A DNA stretch of 64,000 nucleotides, from positions 5,661 through 69,660 of the forward strand of contig DAOLDB010000002.1 of the NCBI GenBank assembly GCA_035327565.1. Direction: 5' to 3'. Source of the stretch: Saprospiraceae bacterium (GTDB lineage: Bacteria; Bacteroidota; Bacteroidia; Chitinophagales; Saprospiraceae). This document shows positions 29,548 through 39,948 of this stretch, piece after piece. How positions within the stretch are numbered: the stretch's first letter is position 1; each line of letters starts with the position of its first letter. The notes under the pieces are model-generated. The model was not told where the DNA came from, ran no database searches, and saw only the letters and a program-made list of their open reading frames with translations. A program made the translations under genes and the position numbers.

Positions 29548-31383
29548 ATGTATAAAAGTCTGTCAGATTGTATAATTGATCTTGAGAAGAATGATATGAT
29601 CATTCGAATAAGTACGGAAGTTGATCCCAATCTGGAGATGGCGGAAATACACAGAAGGATTTATAATGCAGGTGGGCCGGCAATCTTATTTGAAAAAGTA
29701 AAAGGGAGTCCTTTCAAAGCGGTAAGTAATATTTACGGGACATTTGAAAGAACGGAATTCATATTTCGAAATACCTTGTCCAAGGTAAAGAAAGTCATTG
29801 AACTTAAAGCGGATCCTTCACGATTGATTAAAAGGCCATTGCATTATTTAGGCGCTGGTTTGACGGCAATCACTGCTTTGCCTTTAAAATCTTTAGTATC
29901 CAGGCCGGTAAAATATGGTCAAACTACCATCGACCAATTGCCATTGATCAAATCATGGCCCTCGGATGGAGGAGCCTTTATTACACTTCCTCAGGTATTA
30001 ACCCTTCCTCCTTATACATCATCAATTATGCAATCTAATGTCGGAATGTACCGGGTTCAACTTAATGGCAATGAATATGATATAAATGAGGAAGTTGGCA
30101 TGCATTATCAAATTCACCGGGGCATTGGGGTTCACCATACTATGTACAACCGTAGCGATCAACCATTCCGGTGCAGTATCTTTGTAGGAGGCCCGCCCTC
30201 TCATGCATTTGCTGCCATTATGCCGATGCCGGAAGGCATAAGTGAGCTTACTTTTGCCGGAATGTTGGCAGGACGTCGGTTCAGGTATTTCTTTGATGAT
30301 ATGGGGCATGTAGTTTCGTCCGATGCTGATTTTGTCATTACGGGTACTATATTAAAAAATGTGATGAAACCTGAGGGGCCATTTGGTGATCACCTGGGTT
30401 ATTATAGCCTACAGCATGATTTTCCGGTTATGAAAATAGATCGTGTATATCACCGGAAAAATCCGCTTTGGCACTTTACTGTGGTGGGGAGACCACCACA
30501 GGAAGACAGTAGTTTTGGCCATTTAATCCATTTATTGGTGAAAGAATTGACTCCGCAGGAATTTCCAGGACTGGTTTCTTTAAATGCCGTAGATGCTGCC
30601 GGTGTACATCCACTACTCATTGCCATTGGCAAGGAAAGATACATGCCCTTTAGAGAACGGAAGCCTGAAGAAATCCTAACCATAGCCAATAGGATATTAG
30701 GTTCAGGACAAACTTCCCTGGCAAAGTATTTGTGGATTGCAGCCGAAGGGGATGATCCTCAGCTCAATACCCATGATATCCGGCATTTTTTCCATCATAT
30801 GCTGGAGAGAGTAGACTGGAAAAAGGATCTTCATTTTTATACCTGTACGACCATTGACACATTAGATTATTCCGGAACGGGCTGGAATGCAGGCAGCAAA
30901 GTGGTGGTAGCAGCCTGCGGGAAGGTAATAAGAACCCTGGAATCCAGGGTTCCTGAAGGATTGAAATTGCCACAGAGGTTTGGAAAAGTGGAGCTCATAC
31001 AACCGGGAATTCTCGCAATGGAAGGCCCCTCTTATACAGGGGGGGAAACTGCCTTTTTAGAAATGGAAAAACTTACGGCTGTGCTCAAGTCTCAAGAACT
31101 GGAAGGATTCCCCTTGATTATTTTATGCGATGATAGCCGGTTCATTTCTTCCACACTGAATAATTTTCTATGGGTAACTTTTACCCGGAGCAACCCTTCT
31201 CATGATATCTATGGAATTGGTGCATTTGTCGAACATAAACACTGGGGCTGCCATGGTTCTCTCATCATTGATGCACGGATCAAATCTCATCATGCTCCTT
31301 TACTTGAAACGGATCCTGCGATCTCAAAAAAGGTGGATCAGATTTTTAGTAAAGAACCGAATCTGAGAGAATTGAATATTTAA
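29548..31383 (+). CDS. UbiD-family (prenylated-FMN-dependent) decarboxylase
   Basis: 611 aa. The N-terminal region L..L......I..EVDP.LE.AEI.RR and overall length resemble UbiD / menaquinone-biosynthesis decarboxylase homologues. The substrate cannot be determined from sequence. Confidence 0.8.
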   Translation: MYKSLSDCIIDLEKNDMIIRISTEVDPNLEMAEIHRRIYNAGGPAILFEKVKGSPFKAVSNIYGTFERTEFIFRNTLSKVKKVIELKADPSRLIKRPLHYLGAGLTAITALPLKSLVSRPVKYGQTTIDQLPLIKSWPSDGGAFITLPQVLTLPPYTSSIMQSNVGMYRVQLNGNEYDINEEVGMHYQIHRGIGVHHTMYNRSDQPFRCSIFVGGPPSHAFAAIMPMPEGISELTFAGMLAGRRFRYFFDDMGHVVSSDADFVITGTILKNVMKPEGPFGDHLGYYSLQHDFPVMKIDRVYHRKNPLWHFTVVGRPPQEDSSFGHLIHLLVKELTPQEFPGLVSLNAVDAAGVHPLLIAIGKERYMPFRERKPEEILTIANRILGSGQTSLAKYLWIAAEGDDPQLNTHDIRHFFHHMLERVDWKKDLHFYTCTTIDTLDYSGTGWNAGSKVVVAACGKVIRTLESRVPEGLKLPQRFGKVELIQPGILAMEGPSYTGGETAFLEMEKLTAVLKSQELEGFPLIILCDDSRFISSTLNNFLWVTFTRSNPSHDIYGIGAFVEHKHWGCHGSLIIDARIKSHHAPLLETDPAISKKVDQIFSKEPNLRELNI

Positions 31384-31605
31384 TAGAATGGATTTTTATG
31401 TGCTCTAAGATTGTCCTGAAAAAATTTCAATCTTATCTCTTCCAAGACAAGTTATTTATTTGTTGATTCTGATTGAACTTTTCAGAAACCAGTCGAATGT
31501 ATTTGGGTATGAAAAGAATTTTGATACTTGCTAAATTATAAATACCTTTCCCTTTCTTAAATCAATTTATTTTATTAAAACAAAAAATCAAACCCTGAAA
31601 TTGAA

Positions 31606-33237
31606 ATGACAAGGATTAAAAAAAGTGCTATTAGTATGCTCATGATTACAGGCTTGCCTCTCTGGATCTTTGCACAAACTTCTCAAAATCGCAGTCTTGA
31701 TGAAAGAATTGATGACGCTTTCATGCCGGTAGCAAACTGGTTTGAAAATTTGATATTTACTTCTATTCCATTCACCAATGAGTTTAGGATTCCCATTGTT
31801 CTCATCCTTTTGATCGGTGGGGCTTTTTTCTTTACTGTTGCATTTTCTTTTCCAAATATCAGAAGGTTTTGGTTGGCCATTAATGTGGTCAGAGGAAAAT
31901 ATAAGGATATTGACAAGCCCGAAGCCATTCAAAGCGCAGAGGTTAATATAGTTGATGGAGATGTCATAGGTACTATAGCCGATGAAAGTAAAGAAGGGGA
32001 AGTAAGTCATTTTCAGGCATTGGCTACCGCAGTTTCTGGTACAGTGGGATTGGGTAATATTGCGGGAGTAGCCTTGGCCATCGCTATAGGGGGTCCAGGT
32101 GCAACATTCTGGATGATCATCGCAGGATTATTAGGAATGTCATCAAAGTTTGTAGAATGTACATTGGGGGTAAAATACAGGGATATAGGGCCGGATGGCA
32201 CGGTGTATGGTGGTCCTATGTATTATTTGTCCAAAGGGTTAAGTGAAATGGGATGGGTGAATCTTGGCAAAGTTCTGGCTGTAATTTTTGCTATATTTTG
32301 CGTTGGAGGATCCTTTGGAGGAGGAAATGCTTTCCAGGCTAATCAGGCCACTCAGCAAATTGTTACTTCTTTGGGATTGTCTGGGGGATTCATTGGTACA
32401 CTTATAGGGGTGATTTTTGCAGTAGTTGTCGGACTGGTCATCATAGGGGGCATCAAACGAATTGGGGCGGTTACAGAAAAAGTGGTACCATTTATGGCTA
32501 TCATGTACGTGCTGGCATGTTTGATTATTATTTTTTCCCACTTTTCCTATTTGGGTACAGCCATTGGATTAATTATTTCTCAGGCTTTTACCCCAGTGGC
32601 GGGTTTAGGAGGATTAGTGGGTGTATTGATTACAGGCTTTAGAAGAGCCGCTTTTTCTAATGAAGCAGGAGCAGGTTCTGCCGCTATTGCACACTCCGCT
32701 GTAAAAACCAATTACCCGGCATCAGAAGGAATTGTAGCCTTATTGGAGCCTTTTATTGATACAGTTGTGATTTGTACCATGACGGCTTTGGTCATAATTA
32801 TGTTTAATCAGGGAGATATTTTTACTTATGGGGGTGATGGAAGTGGAAACGTATTGATTAATGGACAAAATGTTGGAGGTGTGGATCTTACATCTATGGC
32901 TTTTGCTGATGTATTACCCTGGTTTCCCAACGTATTAACTTTGGCTATTGTATTGTTTGCATTTTCAACCATGATTTCATGGTCTTATTATGGACTGCAA
33001 TCCTGGAAATTTTTATTTGGCAGAAGCAAATGGTCTGATTATTCATATAAAATACTTTTTTTGGTCTTTATTGTTGTAGGTTCAGCTTCATCGATGGATG
33101 CGGTATTCAGATTTTCTGATGCCATGATCCTGGCTTTGGTATTTCCTAATATGATCGGGTTAATACTATTATATCCTAAGGTCAGAAATGAAATGAAGAA
33201 ATATTTAAGTGCAATAAACCATTTCAATCTGAAGTGA
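31606..33237 (+). CDS. Alanine/glycine:cation symporter (AGCS family)
   Basis: 543 aa, polytopic. AGCS signature SHFQALATAVSGTVGLGNIAGVALAIAIGGPGATFWM. Confidence 0.88.
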   Translation: MTRIKKSAISMLMITGLPLWIFAQTSQNRSLDERIDDAFMPVANWFENLIFTSIPFTNEFRIPIVLILLIGGAFFFTVAFSFPNIRRFWLAINVVRGKYKDIDKPEAIQSAEVNIVDGDVIGTIADESKEGEVSHFQALATAVSGTVGLGNIAGVALAIAIGGPGATFWMIIAGLLGMSSKFVECTLGVKYRDIGPDGTVYGGPMYYLSKGLSEMGWVNLGKVLAVIFAIFCVGGSFGGGNAFQANQATQQIVTSLGLSGGFIGTLIGVIFAVVVGLVIIGGIKRIGAVTEKVVPFMAIMYVLACLIIIFSHFSYLGTAIGLIISQAFTPVAGLGGLVGVLITGFRRAAFSNEAGAGSAAIAHSAVKTNYPASEGIVALLEPFIDTVVICTMTALVIIMFNQGDIFTYGGDGSGNVLINGQNVGGVDLTSMAFADVLPWFPNVLTLAIVLFAFSTMISWSYYGLQSWKFLFGRSKWSDYSYKILFLVFIVVGSASSMDAVFRFSDAMILALVFPNMIGLILLYPKVRNEMKKYLSAINHFNLK

Positions 33238-33369
33238 TGGATGTACATTCCTGATCCATTTATGTAAATACAAAATGGTATTTTAAATGGGGGGGAATGG
33301 ACACTATCAAGGTAATTTTCCGACAAGAATAATGAATGATAAGATTTAGGAATTCTGGTTAGCCATAAT

Positions 33370-33891
33370 ATGTTTCTACTATCATATCACTATTGGATGA
33401 AGGATGTAATAAATTTAGCTTTCCTACACCTGGGCTCCAATAAGGGAGACAGGTTGCTCAATTTGAATCAGGCTATATCATTACTGGAAGAACATGGTTT
33501 TTCATTAATTAAGACTTCATCTGTCTATAATACTCAAGCATGGGGCATAGCATCGCAACCTGATTTTTTGAACATCGTCATAAAGATCAAAACAGAAGTG
33601 AATGCGAAAATTTTATTAAAGAACATTCATAAAATTGAAAATATCATTGGTAAAGAAAAGGATTATTACTGGGGACCTCGTAAGATAGATATAGATATTC
33701 TTCTTTTCAACCAGGAAATCATCCATAGCAAAAAGCTCATTATCCCACATGCTCATATGGAAAGCCGTAAATTTGTTTTGATACCATTGTCTGAAATTGC
33801 CGGAGATTTAGTTCATCCGGTTTTGGGAAAAACCATCACTGAATTGAAAGAGTTATGTATGGACAACAGTGCAGTGGAATTGATAAACTAA
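33370..33891 (+). CDS. folK: 2-amino-4-hydroxy-6-hydroxymethyldihydropteridine diphosphokinase
   Basis: LGSNKGDR motif, QPDFLN, WGPR.IDIDIL and IPHA.M..R.FVL.PL. The true start may be the internal ATG at 33397 (MKDVINLAFLHLGSN). Confidence 0.88.
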   Translation: MFLLSYHYWMKDVINLAFLHLGSNKGDRLLNLNQAISLLEEHGFSLIKTSSVYNTQAWGIASQPDFLNIVIKIKTEVNAKILLKNIHKIENIIGKEKDYYWGPRKIDIDILLFNQEIIHSKKLIIPHAHMESRKFVLIPLSEIAGDLVHPVLGKTITELKELCMDNSAVELIN

Positions 33892-33901
33892 TAAATCTTC
33901 C

Positions 33902-34555
33902 TTGACAATAAAATTTCCATATCGATATGTTTGTATTGAAGGTAATATAGGTGCAGGGAAAACTTCCTTCTGTGAACTTATGCAAAAGGAATATAACTGC
34001 AAGTTGATTTTGGAGGAGTTTGATGACAATCCATTCTTGCCCTACTTTTATAATGATCCTGATAGATTTGCCCTTACCGTAGAATTGTTCTTTATGACGG
34101 AAAGACATAAACAACTGGAAAAGAATTTGCTCAATCAGGATTTGTTTTACGACTTTACAATAGCAGACTATTTTTTTAGCAAAACATTATTATTTGCCAG
34201 AAATAATCTCAATAATGAAGAGTTTAAATTATTTAATCGCCTTTATAGAGTTATGGCTCAAACCTTTCCAAAGCCAGATCTCATCGTTTATTTTCATCGC
34301 GACGTAGAAATATTACTTGAAAATATCAAAAAAAGAGGACGAGAATATGAAAAGGCTATCACTGCAGATTATTTAATGAGTATTCAAAATACTTATTTTG
34401 AATATTTAAGGAGTATTGTTTCGTTTCCAGTACTGATTATGGACTTGAATACTCTTGATTTTGTTTCAAATGAGAAGCATTTCAATGAGTTAAACTATCT
34501 CGTAGCCAGAACCTACCAGCCCGGAGTGCATAGAATGAGTCTTAGTTTGTATTGA
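33902..34555 (+). CDS. Deoxynucleoside kinase
   Basis: 217 aa. P-loop IEGNIGAGKTS near the N-terminus, and dNK-family ER and DR.. motifs. It apparently starts at TTG, because no ATG precedes the P-loop. Confidence 0.8.
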   Translation: MTIKFPYRYVCIEGNIGAGKTSFCELMQKEYNCKLILEEFDDNPFLPYFYNDPDRFALTVELFFMTERHKQLEKNLLNQDLFYDFTIADYFFSKTLLFARNNLNNEEFKLFNRLYRVMAQTFPKPDLIVYFHRDVEILLENIKKRGREYEKAITADYLMSIQNTYFEYLRSIVSFPVLIMDLNTLDFVSNEKHFNELNYLVARTYQPGVHRMSLSLY

Positions 34556-34713
34556 TATCATTTGTTTTTCGATTTATTCACACTTGTCTGATAATTGTCA
34601 AATTTCATAGAAATAATGCCATTTCCATTAACATGTATAGTATTTTTGTGTTACAAATATGTGAGTAACAATATTATCGCAAAATTCCGCTAATCACTTA
34701 AGTATAAAATTTC

Positions 34714-36471
34714 ATGAGAGGCTTTTTTAAAGCATTATTTGCGTCATGTTTAGGTACTATCCTTGCATTTGCAAGTTTATTATTTATTTTTCTCGGTATA
34801 TTCAGCGTGGCGGGTATACAAAAGGATAAAGCTGAACCGAAATCTGTTCTTTTGCTTGATTTTAAAGATTATATCCCCGAGAAAACCGGCAATATCAGGG
34901 ATGAATTTTCTTTTGTGAGCAGTGGTGATTTTATTGGACTGAATGAAATGATCAAAGCCATTCAATATGCCGCTGAAGACCCAAATATTGAAGGGATATC
35001 GATAGTGGCTCCAGTATTTATGGGAGGACAGGCTACACTGCAGGCTGTCCGGAGAGAACTTGAAAATTTTAAAGACAGTGGAAAATTTGTTTATTCTTAT
35101 AGTGATTTTTATACTCAGGGCACTTATTGGTTGTCTACCATCTCAGATTCATTATTTCTTAACCCTAATGGATTGATTGATTTAAAAGGAATGGGGGTCT
35201 CTCTGATCTATTTTAAAAATCTATTGGAGAAGACAGGCATAGATATGGAAGTATTCTTTGCGGGTAAATTTAAAAGTGCCACAGAACCTTTCCGGCGGGA
35301 CCATTCCAGCCCGGAGAATAAAATACAGTTAAAAGAATTTCTTTATGATCTTGAAGAGGTAATGGTAAGAGATATCACTGCTGGAAGAGGGTTGGATGAG
35401 AGCACGGTAAAATCCCTGATCAGGGGTTATCAGGGTGGTGTTGCTATTAAAGCAGTTGATAACCGATTAGCAGATGGCTTACTCCATCTGGAAGAATATC
35501 ACGATAAAATACGTAGTAGAATTGGAATATCTTCAGGGAGGAAAGTCAATTTTGTTCGACTGCCGGTATATAGGCAATTTGTGAAAACAAAATTTAATCC
35601 AAAGGTAAAAGATAAAATTGCCATCATCTATGCCGAAGGGGAGATAGTCATGTTTGAAAATAAAAAAGGGTCTATTTCGGATGTCAGGTATCGTAGAGTC
35701 TTTGAAAGGATTCTGAAGGATTCACAAATTAAAGGTGTTGTTCTCAGGGTGAACAGTCCCGGAGGTAACGCTTTGGTCTCTGACAATCTTCATGCAATGA
35801 TTGAGAAGCTTAAAATAAAAGGAATACCAGTAATTGCTTCATTTGGGGATTATGCTGCATCCGGTGGCTACTATCTCAGTGCAGGGGCTGATCTGATTGT
35901 TGCCGAAGAAAATACATTGACCGGGTCTATTGGAGTGTTTGTTATGCTTCCATATTTGGGTAAAATGATGAGGGATAAACTGGGTATCACTTATGATTCT
36001 GTAAAAACAGCCCCTTTAGCCGTTAGCTTTAACCCAATGTTTTCACTATCCAATCAGGAAATTGCTCACATGCAAGCATCAACACAACAGGTATACAACC
36101 GGTTTCTTGAAAAAGTAGCTACCGGCCGTTCAATGACTTTGGAAGAAGTTGAGGAGGTGGCGCAAGGAAGAGTGTGGTCTGGTAAAAAGGCTTTGGAATT
36201 AGGACTTGTAGATGCTATTGGAGGTCTGAGTAAAGCCCTAGAACTGGCTGCTGATAAGGCAGGTATTGACGAATACAAGGTTGTAGAGTATCCATTTATA
36301 AAAGAGAATCCTTTAAAAATGATTGTGGAAAGCCTTTTGTCTGAAGATGATGTTGCCACCATTCAGAGCAAAACCGGGAAAGACCTCTTATTACAGTGGT
36401 TTGAGTTGGATCAGGTATTAAAACAAGAAAAGCCTCAGGCACGATTGCCATTTATTATACAATGGAACTAG
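34714..36471 (+). CDS. sppA: Signal peptide peptidase SppA, 67K type
   Basis: 585 aa. N-terminal TM segment and two ClpP/crotonase-like halves (GVVLRVNSPGGNALVS, ASGGYYLSAGAD, TGSIGVF). Confidence 0.88.
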   Translation: MRGFFKALFASCLGTILAFASLLFIFLGIFSVAGIQKDKAEPKSVLLLDFKDYIPEKTGNIRDEFSFVSSGDFIGLNEMIKAIQYAAEDPNIEGISIVAPVFMGGQATLQAVRRELENFKDSGKFVYSYSDFYTQGTYWLSTISDSLFLNPNGLIDLKGMGVSLIYFKNLLEKTGIDMEVFFAGKFKSATEPFRRDHSSPENKIQLKEFLYDLEEVMVRDITAGRGLDESTVKSLIRGYQGGVAIKAVDNRLADGLLHLEEYHDKIRSRIGISSGRKVNFVRLPVYRQFVKTKFNPKVKDKIAIIYAEGEIVMFENKKGSISDVRYRRVFERILKDSQIKGVVLRVNSPGGNALVSDNLHAMIEKLKIKGIPVIASFGDYAASGGYYLSAGADLIVAEENTLTGSIGVFVMLPYLGKMMRDKLGITYDSVKTAPLAVSFNPMFSLSNQEIAHMQASTQQVYNRFLEKVATGRSMTLEEVEEVAQGRVWSGKKALELGLVDAIGGLSKALELAADKAGIDEYKVVEYPFIKENPLKMIVESLLSEDDVATIQSKTGKDLLLQWFELDQVLKQEKPQARLPFIIQWN

Positions 36472-36540
36472 GCTTATACGCTTAAATTCCAATCTAAAAA
36501 CAGTGTAGCTATTATAATACAAGGAATCACTTAAATTTTT

Positions 36541-36573
36541 CAATCTGCCTATGCTCCTTCAGATTGATTTTTT
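36541..36573 (+). terminator. Candidate rho-independent terminator downstream of sppA
   Basis: CAATCTG-(12-nt loop)-CAGATTG followed by A and T6. Confidence 0.45.
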
Positions 36574-36884
36574 ACCACAAAAATGTTTAAAAATCATAGC
36601 TCAAAGATCGCAAAGAGCTTCTCTACACCGCTTCGGAATGTTTTTCAATTAGGCAAGTATCAATAAAAAATTTCAAAAACTGCCGATTGCTTGCTGCCCA
36701 CTGATAACAGGAAACTGCCAACTAAATGATAAATGACTCAACACTTTGATACCTCCAAAACGCAACACTTTCATTAATTTATTTAAAAATATACTAACCC
36801 AATTAAACTTTTCTATTCTAAAGTAGTTATAAAGATGTTCAGCAGTTGTTGCAACAAATATTAATTAACTTAATAACAAAGAAA

Positions 36885-37460
36885 ATGAAAGTAATGATTT
36901 TGGCTGGTTTAGTGAGCATGGTTGCTGTTAATGCAGCGATTGCAAGTGATATCATCACGAAAAGTGTAAATATTTCGAGTAGTAAAGTAGCATGGAAAGG
37001 ACACAAAGTTTTAGGTTCTCACCATGGTTCGATTTCCATTCAAAGTGGAGACTTACAATTCAGCGAAGACGGGATGCTGGTAGGGGGTCATTTTTCCATA
37101 GACATGAACAGCATCACTTGTGAAGATTTAACAGGAAATTCCAATGCTAAGCTGGTAGCGCATTTAAAGTCTGATGATTTTTTTAGTTCAAGTACTTACC
37201 CAGAGGCAAAATTTCAAATTACACGCGTGGTTCCAAAAGGCACTCCGGGTGATTTTAAAATTGTCGGTGATCTTACCATTAAAAATATCACCAAAGAGAT
37301 AAAATTTGAAGCTAAGATTACAGATACACAGGCATTTGCAGCCGTGAAAGTGGACAGATCTGATTTTAATGTCCGCTTTGGTTCAGGCAGCTTTTTCTCA
37401 AATTTGGGAGATAAGACCATCTATGATGAGTTTGACCTGGACATCACATTAGTTTTCTAA
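36885..37460 (+). CDS. YceI-family periplasmic (polyisoprenoid-binding-like) protein
   Basis: Signal peptide MKVMILAGLVSMVAVNAAIA. YceI-type motifs KV.W.G.K..GSHHG, HLKS.DFF....YP.A.F and F.L.G.LTI..IT. I prefer the ATG at 36885 over the TTG at 36846 used in the ORF track. Confidence 0.82.
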   Translation: MKVMILAGLVSMVAVNAAIASDIITKSVNISSSKVAWKGHKVLGSHHGSISIQSGDLQFSEDGMLVGGHFSIDMNSITCEDLTGNSNAKLVAHLKSDDFFSSSTYPEAKFQITRVVPKGTPGDFKIVGDLTIKNITKEIKFEAKITDTQAFAAVKVDRSDFNVRFGSGSFFSNLGDKTIYDEFDLDITLVF

Positions 37461-37489
37461 TTGAAATTATTTGATTAAAAGGATACGTT

Positions 37490-37520
37490 AAGGGGGGTAT
37501 TTTCTACCCCCCTTTTGTTT
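37490..37520 (+). terminator. Rho-independent terminator of the YceI gene
   Basis: AAGGGGGGTA-TTTTC-TACCCCCCTT (10-bp stem) running into TTTGTTT. Confidence 0.8.
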
Positions 37521-37729
37521 CTCCAAACAATACTTATACACTACTTCAGGCAGTTGCTTCCTGCTTTCTGGATTTTACAGATACTTTTTTTTTGGAATTT
37601 TACACCCATGAGATCACGCAGCATCTGCTAAGATCTCAATGATTTGGATTTTATGACAATTGTTGATACATTATAACTAAGCATACATTGAACTTCTGTG
37701 ATTTCAACCGGTTGATGTAGATTTGTGTC

Positions 37730-39286
37730 ATGAATCGGGAAGTGGAAATCAAGGTTGAACCGGTTAACAGCAAGAATGCAGCGTATTGCAGACAACAGGT
37801 ATTTAGAAAATTGAAGGAGAAGGATGATGGCTCCTTTCAATTGGTTCTTATCAAGCGATCCATCGATTCCAGGGGGAAGAAGCCATTAATTGTCCTCCGT
37901 TATCATGTAAGTAAAGACCATAGTGGAGATCCCGATGAAAATCCGATCATGAATTTTCCGCCGGTGAACCATCCTCGCCGAAAGGTTATCATTATAGGAG
38001 CAGGTCCGGCTGGTTATTTTGCAGCTTTGAGTCTGTTACGACAAGATATGCAACCTATTGTAATTGACAGGGGGAAAGATGTCAGAACCAGAAGACGTGA
38101 TTTGAAAGCCATACAACAGATGGGTGTGGTCAATCCGCATTCTAACTATTGCTTTGGGGAGGGAGGAGCGGGAACATATTCTGATGGTAAGCTTTATACC
38201 CGATCTCATAAGAGAGGGAATATTATTCAGATTCTGAAATTATTGATAGAGCATGGTGCACATGAGGATATCCTTGTGGATGCGCATCCTCATATCGGTT
38301 CCAATAAATTACCAGTCATTGTCGAAAATATAAGAAATACTATCCTTCAATTGGGGGGCGAAGTACATTTTAATACCTATGTAACGGATTTTAACATCCA
38401 AAATGAATACCTTTCATCTGTAATGGATTCGAACGGTAAGGAATGGATTGGAGACGCCTTTATTCTGGCTACCGGGCACTCAGCACGTGATATTTTTTAT
38501 TTGCTTCATTCTAAAGGATTGCTGATTGAAAGGAAACCTTTTGCATTGGGGGTCCGTATTGAACATCCACAGGGATTGATCGATAAAATCCAGTATGGGG
38601 TAGAAGATCGAGGGGAATATTTGCCTGCCTCCAGCTATCGATTGGCCTGTCAGGTAGACGACAAAGGGGTGTTTTCTTTTTGCATGTGCCCCGGGGGATT
38701 GATCGTTCCGGCAGCTACTGCTCCCGGAGAAATTGTTGTTAATGGAATGAGTCTTTCCCGTCGCGATTCTCCTTTTGCCAATGCCGGTTTTGTTACTTCC
38801 ATCGACAATGATGAGATGGAACGATACGGTTATGGAGATGTGTTTGGCCATTTGCGGTTTCAATCTGAAGTTGAACAAACAATGTTTCAGTATGGTGATG
38901 GATCCCAAAAGGCCCCCGCTCAGATACTTACTGATTTTTTAAAGGGCAATATCAGTAATCAATTACCGGCAACTTCCTATATCCCCGGCATTTATCCAGC
39001 TCCTTTACAAGATTTACTGCCTCCTTATGTATATCAAAGGTTACGTAAGGGATTATTAGCGTTTGACCAAACCATGAAGGGTTTTCTGACCAGTGAGGCC
39101 ATTGCAGTGGGGGTAGAATCCAGGACGTCCTCTCCAATACGGATTCCTCGTCACCCTGCCGGTTATTATCATCCCCAGGTTAAAAATTTATTTCCTTGTG
39201 GGGAAGGTGCCGGTTATGCCGGAGGAATACTTTCCGCTGCTATGGATGGGGAGAATGTAGCCAGAGCTCTGCAAACTAAGGTTTAA
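37730..39286 (+). CDS. FAD-dependent oxidoreductase (COG2509-type NAD(FAD)-utilising dehydrogenase)
   Basis: 518 aa. Dinucleotide fold VIIIGAGPAGYFAAL and GEGGAGTYSDGKL. C-terminal ...FPCGEGAGYAGGI is typical of this family. Confidence 0.72.
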   Translation: MNREVEIKVEPVNSKNAAYCRQQVFRKLKEKDDGSFQLVLIKRSIDSRGKKPLIVLRYHVSKDHSGDPDENPIMNFPPVNHPRRKVIIIGAGPAGYFAALSLLRQDMQPIVIDRGKDVRTRRRDLKAIQQMGVVNPHSNYCFGEGGAGTYSDGKLYTRSHKRGNIIQILKLLIEHGAHEDILVDAHPHIGSNKLPVIVENIRNTILQLGGEVHFNTYVTDFNIQNEYLSSVMDSNGKEWIGDAFILATGHSARDIFYLLHSKGLLIERKPFALGVRIEHPQGLIDKIQYGVEDRGEYLPASSYRLACQVDDKGVFSFCMCPGGLIVPAATAPGEIVVNGMSLSRRDSPFANAGFVTSIDNDEMERYGYGDVFGHLRFQSEVEQTMFQYGDGSQKAPAQILTDFLKGNISNQLPATSYIPGIYPAPLQDLLPPYVYQRLRKGLLAFDQTMKGFLTSEAIAVGVESRTSSPIRIPRHPAGYYHPQVKNLFPCGEGAGYAGGILSAAMDGENVARALQTKV

Positions 39287-39375
39287 GCTTACTCCTTTTG
39301 TTAAGAATTGAAGTGCTGTCAAAGAGTAATATCCATTAAAAGTAAATATTGGATCATTAAGAGTCGCTGACTACT

Positions 39376-39948
39376 TTATCCGGTTGACATTTTTATCCTA
39401 CGAAATTCCAATATCCGCCCTTTTAGTACCAAAAAACCCAATATGGCAAACAACAGCCCCAGGATCAGAATGCCCCAGGTTTGTAATGCAGGTATATTAG
39501 CTGGAGGCTGTGCCATTAAAGTGGTTGGAAATGTGCAACCTTCATCAGGAAGAGGAAAACCATCAATTCGTGCCCAATGAATTTCAATATCTAATGGTGC
39601 ACATCCGGGAGATGGAACGTTAATTGTTGCAGGAAGAGTAAGAGAATTAACATTTATGTCGCATGTTGCAGCAAAACAATCAAAATCTGAAAAATATTCT
39701 GGATTCAATTCGTCATCATGAACCCCCAGGGGTAAATTCGAAATTACTGAGTTAGATGAAACATTTTCACCTGTTACCGTAAAGCTGAGATAATCATCAG
39801 AAGGGTCGTCAGGCGTTCCATTGTCATTGCAAACTACATTTGAAATAGTAATTCTTTCATTTGATTCTCCACATTCAAAAGATTGTCCTGTTGCAACAAA
39901 AGATAAAAAAGGAACTACAATAATCACGGTGAGAAATTTTTTCATCAT
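39376..39948 (-). CDS. Small secreted Cys-rich protein with an IPTL-CTERM-like C-terminal sorting signal
   Basis: 190 aa. Signal peptide MMKKFLTVIIVVPFLSFVATGQ and 8 Cys in the mature part. The C-terminus IPALQTWGILILGLLFAILGFLVLKGRILEFRR combines an IP(T/A)L motif, a TM helix and a basic cluster. Confidence 0.6.
   Translation of the reverse strand: MMKKFLTVIIVVPFLSFVATGQSFECGESNERITISNVVCNDNGTPDDPSDDYLSFTVTGENVSSNSVISNLPLGVHDDELNPEYFSDFDCFAATCDINVNSLTLPATINVPSPGCAPLDIEIHWARIDGFPLPDEGCTFPTTLMAQPPANIPALQTWGILILGLLFAILGFLVLKGRILEFRRIKMSTG

Noticed and set aside
31384-31605. A possible glycine riboswitch upstream of the alanine/glycine:cation symporter gene.
   Set aside because: I could not find the conserved glycine-riboswitch core elements (GGAGAG ... 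CACCG-type segments) in the 222-bp leader. The region is AT-rich and unstructured by eye.
31588-32010. A 140-aa minus-strand ORF overlapping the start of the alanine/glycine symporter gene.
   Set aside because: The plus-strand gene carries the diagnostic AGCS signature. The antisense ORF has no features and overlaps that gene almost completely.
36602-36614. The 13-mer CAAAGATCGCAAA is shared between two intergenic regions (36602-36614 and 47576-47588), which could indicate a common regulatory site.
   Set aside because: In a 64 kb window read on both strands, many 13-mer coincidences are expected by chance. The flanks do not match, and the downstream genes are unrelated.
36846-36884. TTG-initiated N-terminal extensions in the ORF track for the YceI gene (36846) and the DinB-family gene (58909).
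   Set aside because: In both cases an in-frame ATG 13 codons downstream gives a canonical N-terminus: MKVMILAG... (a signal peptide) and MKKQVILN... respectively. The extensions have no signal-peptide or domain features.
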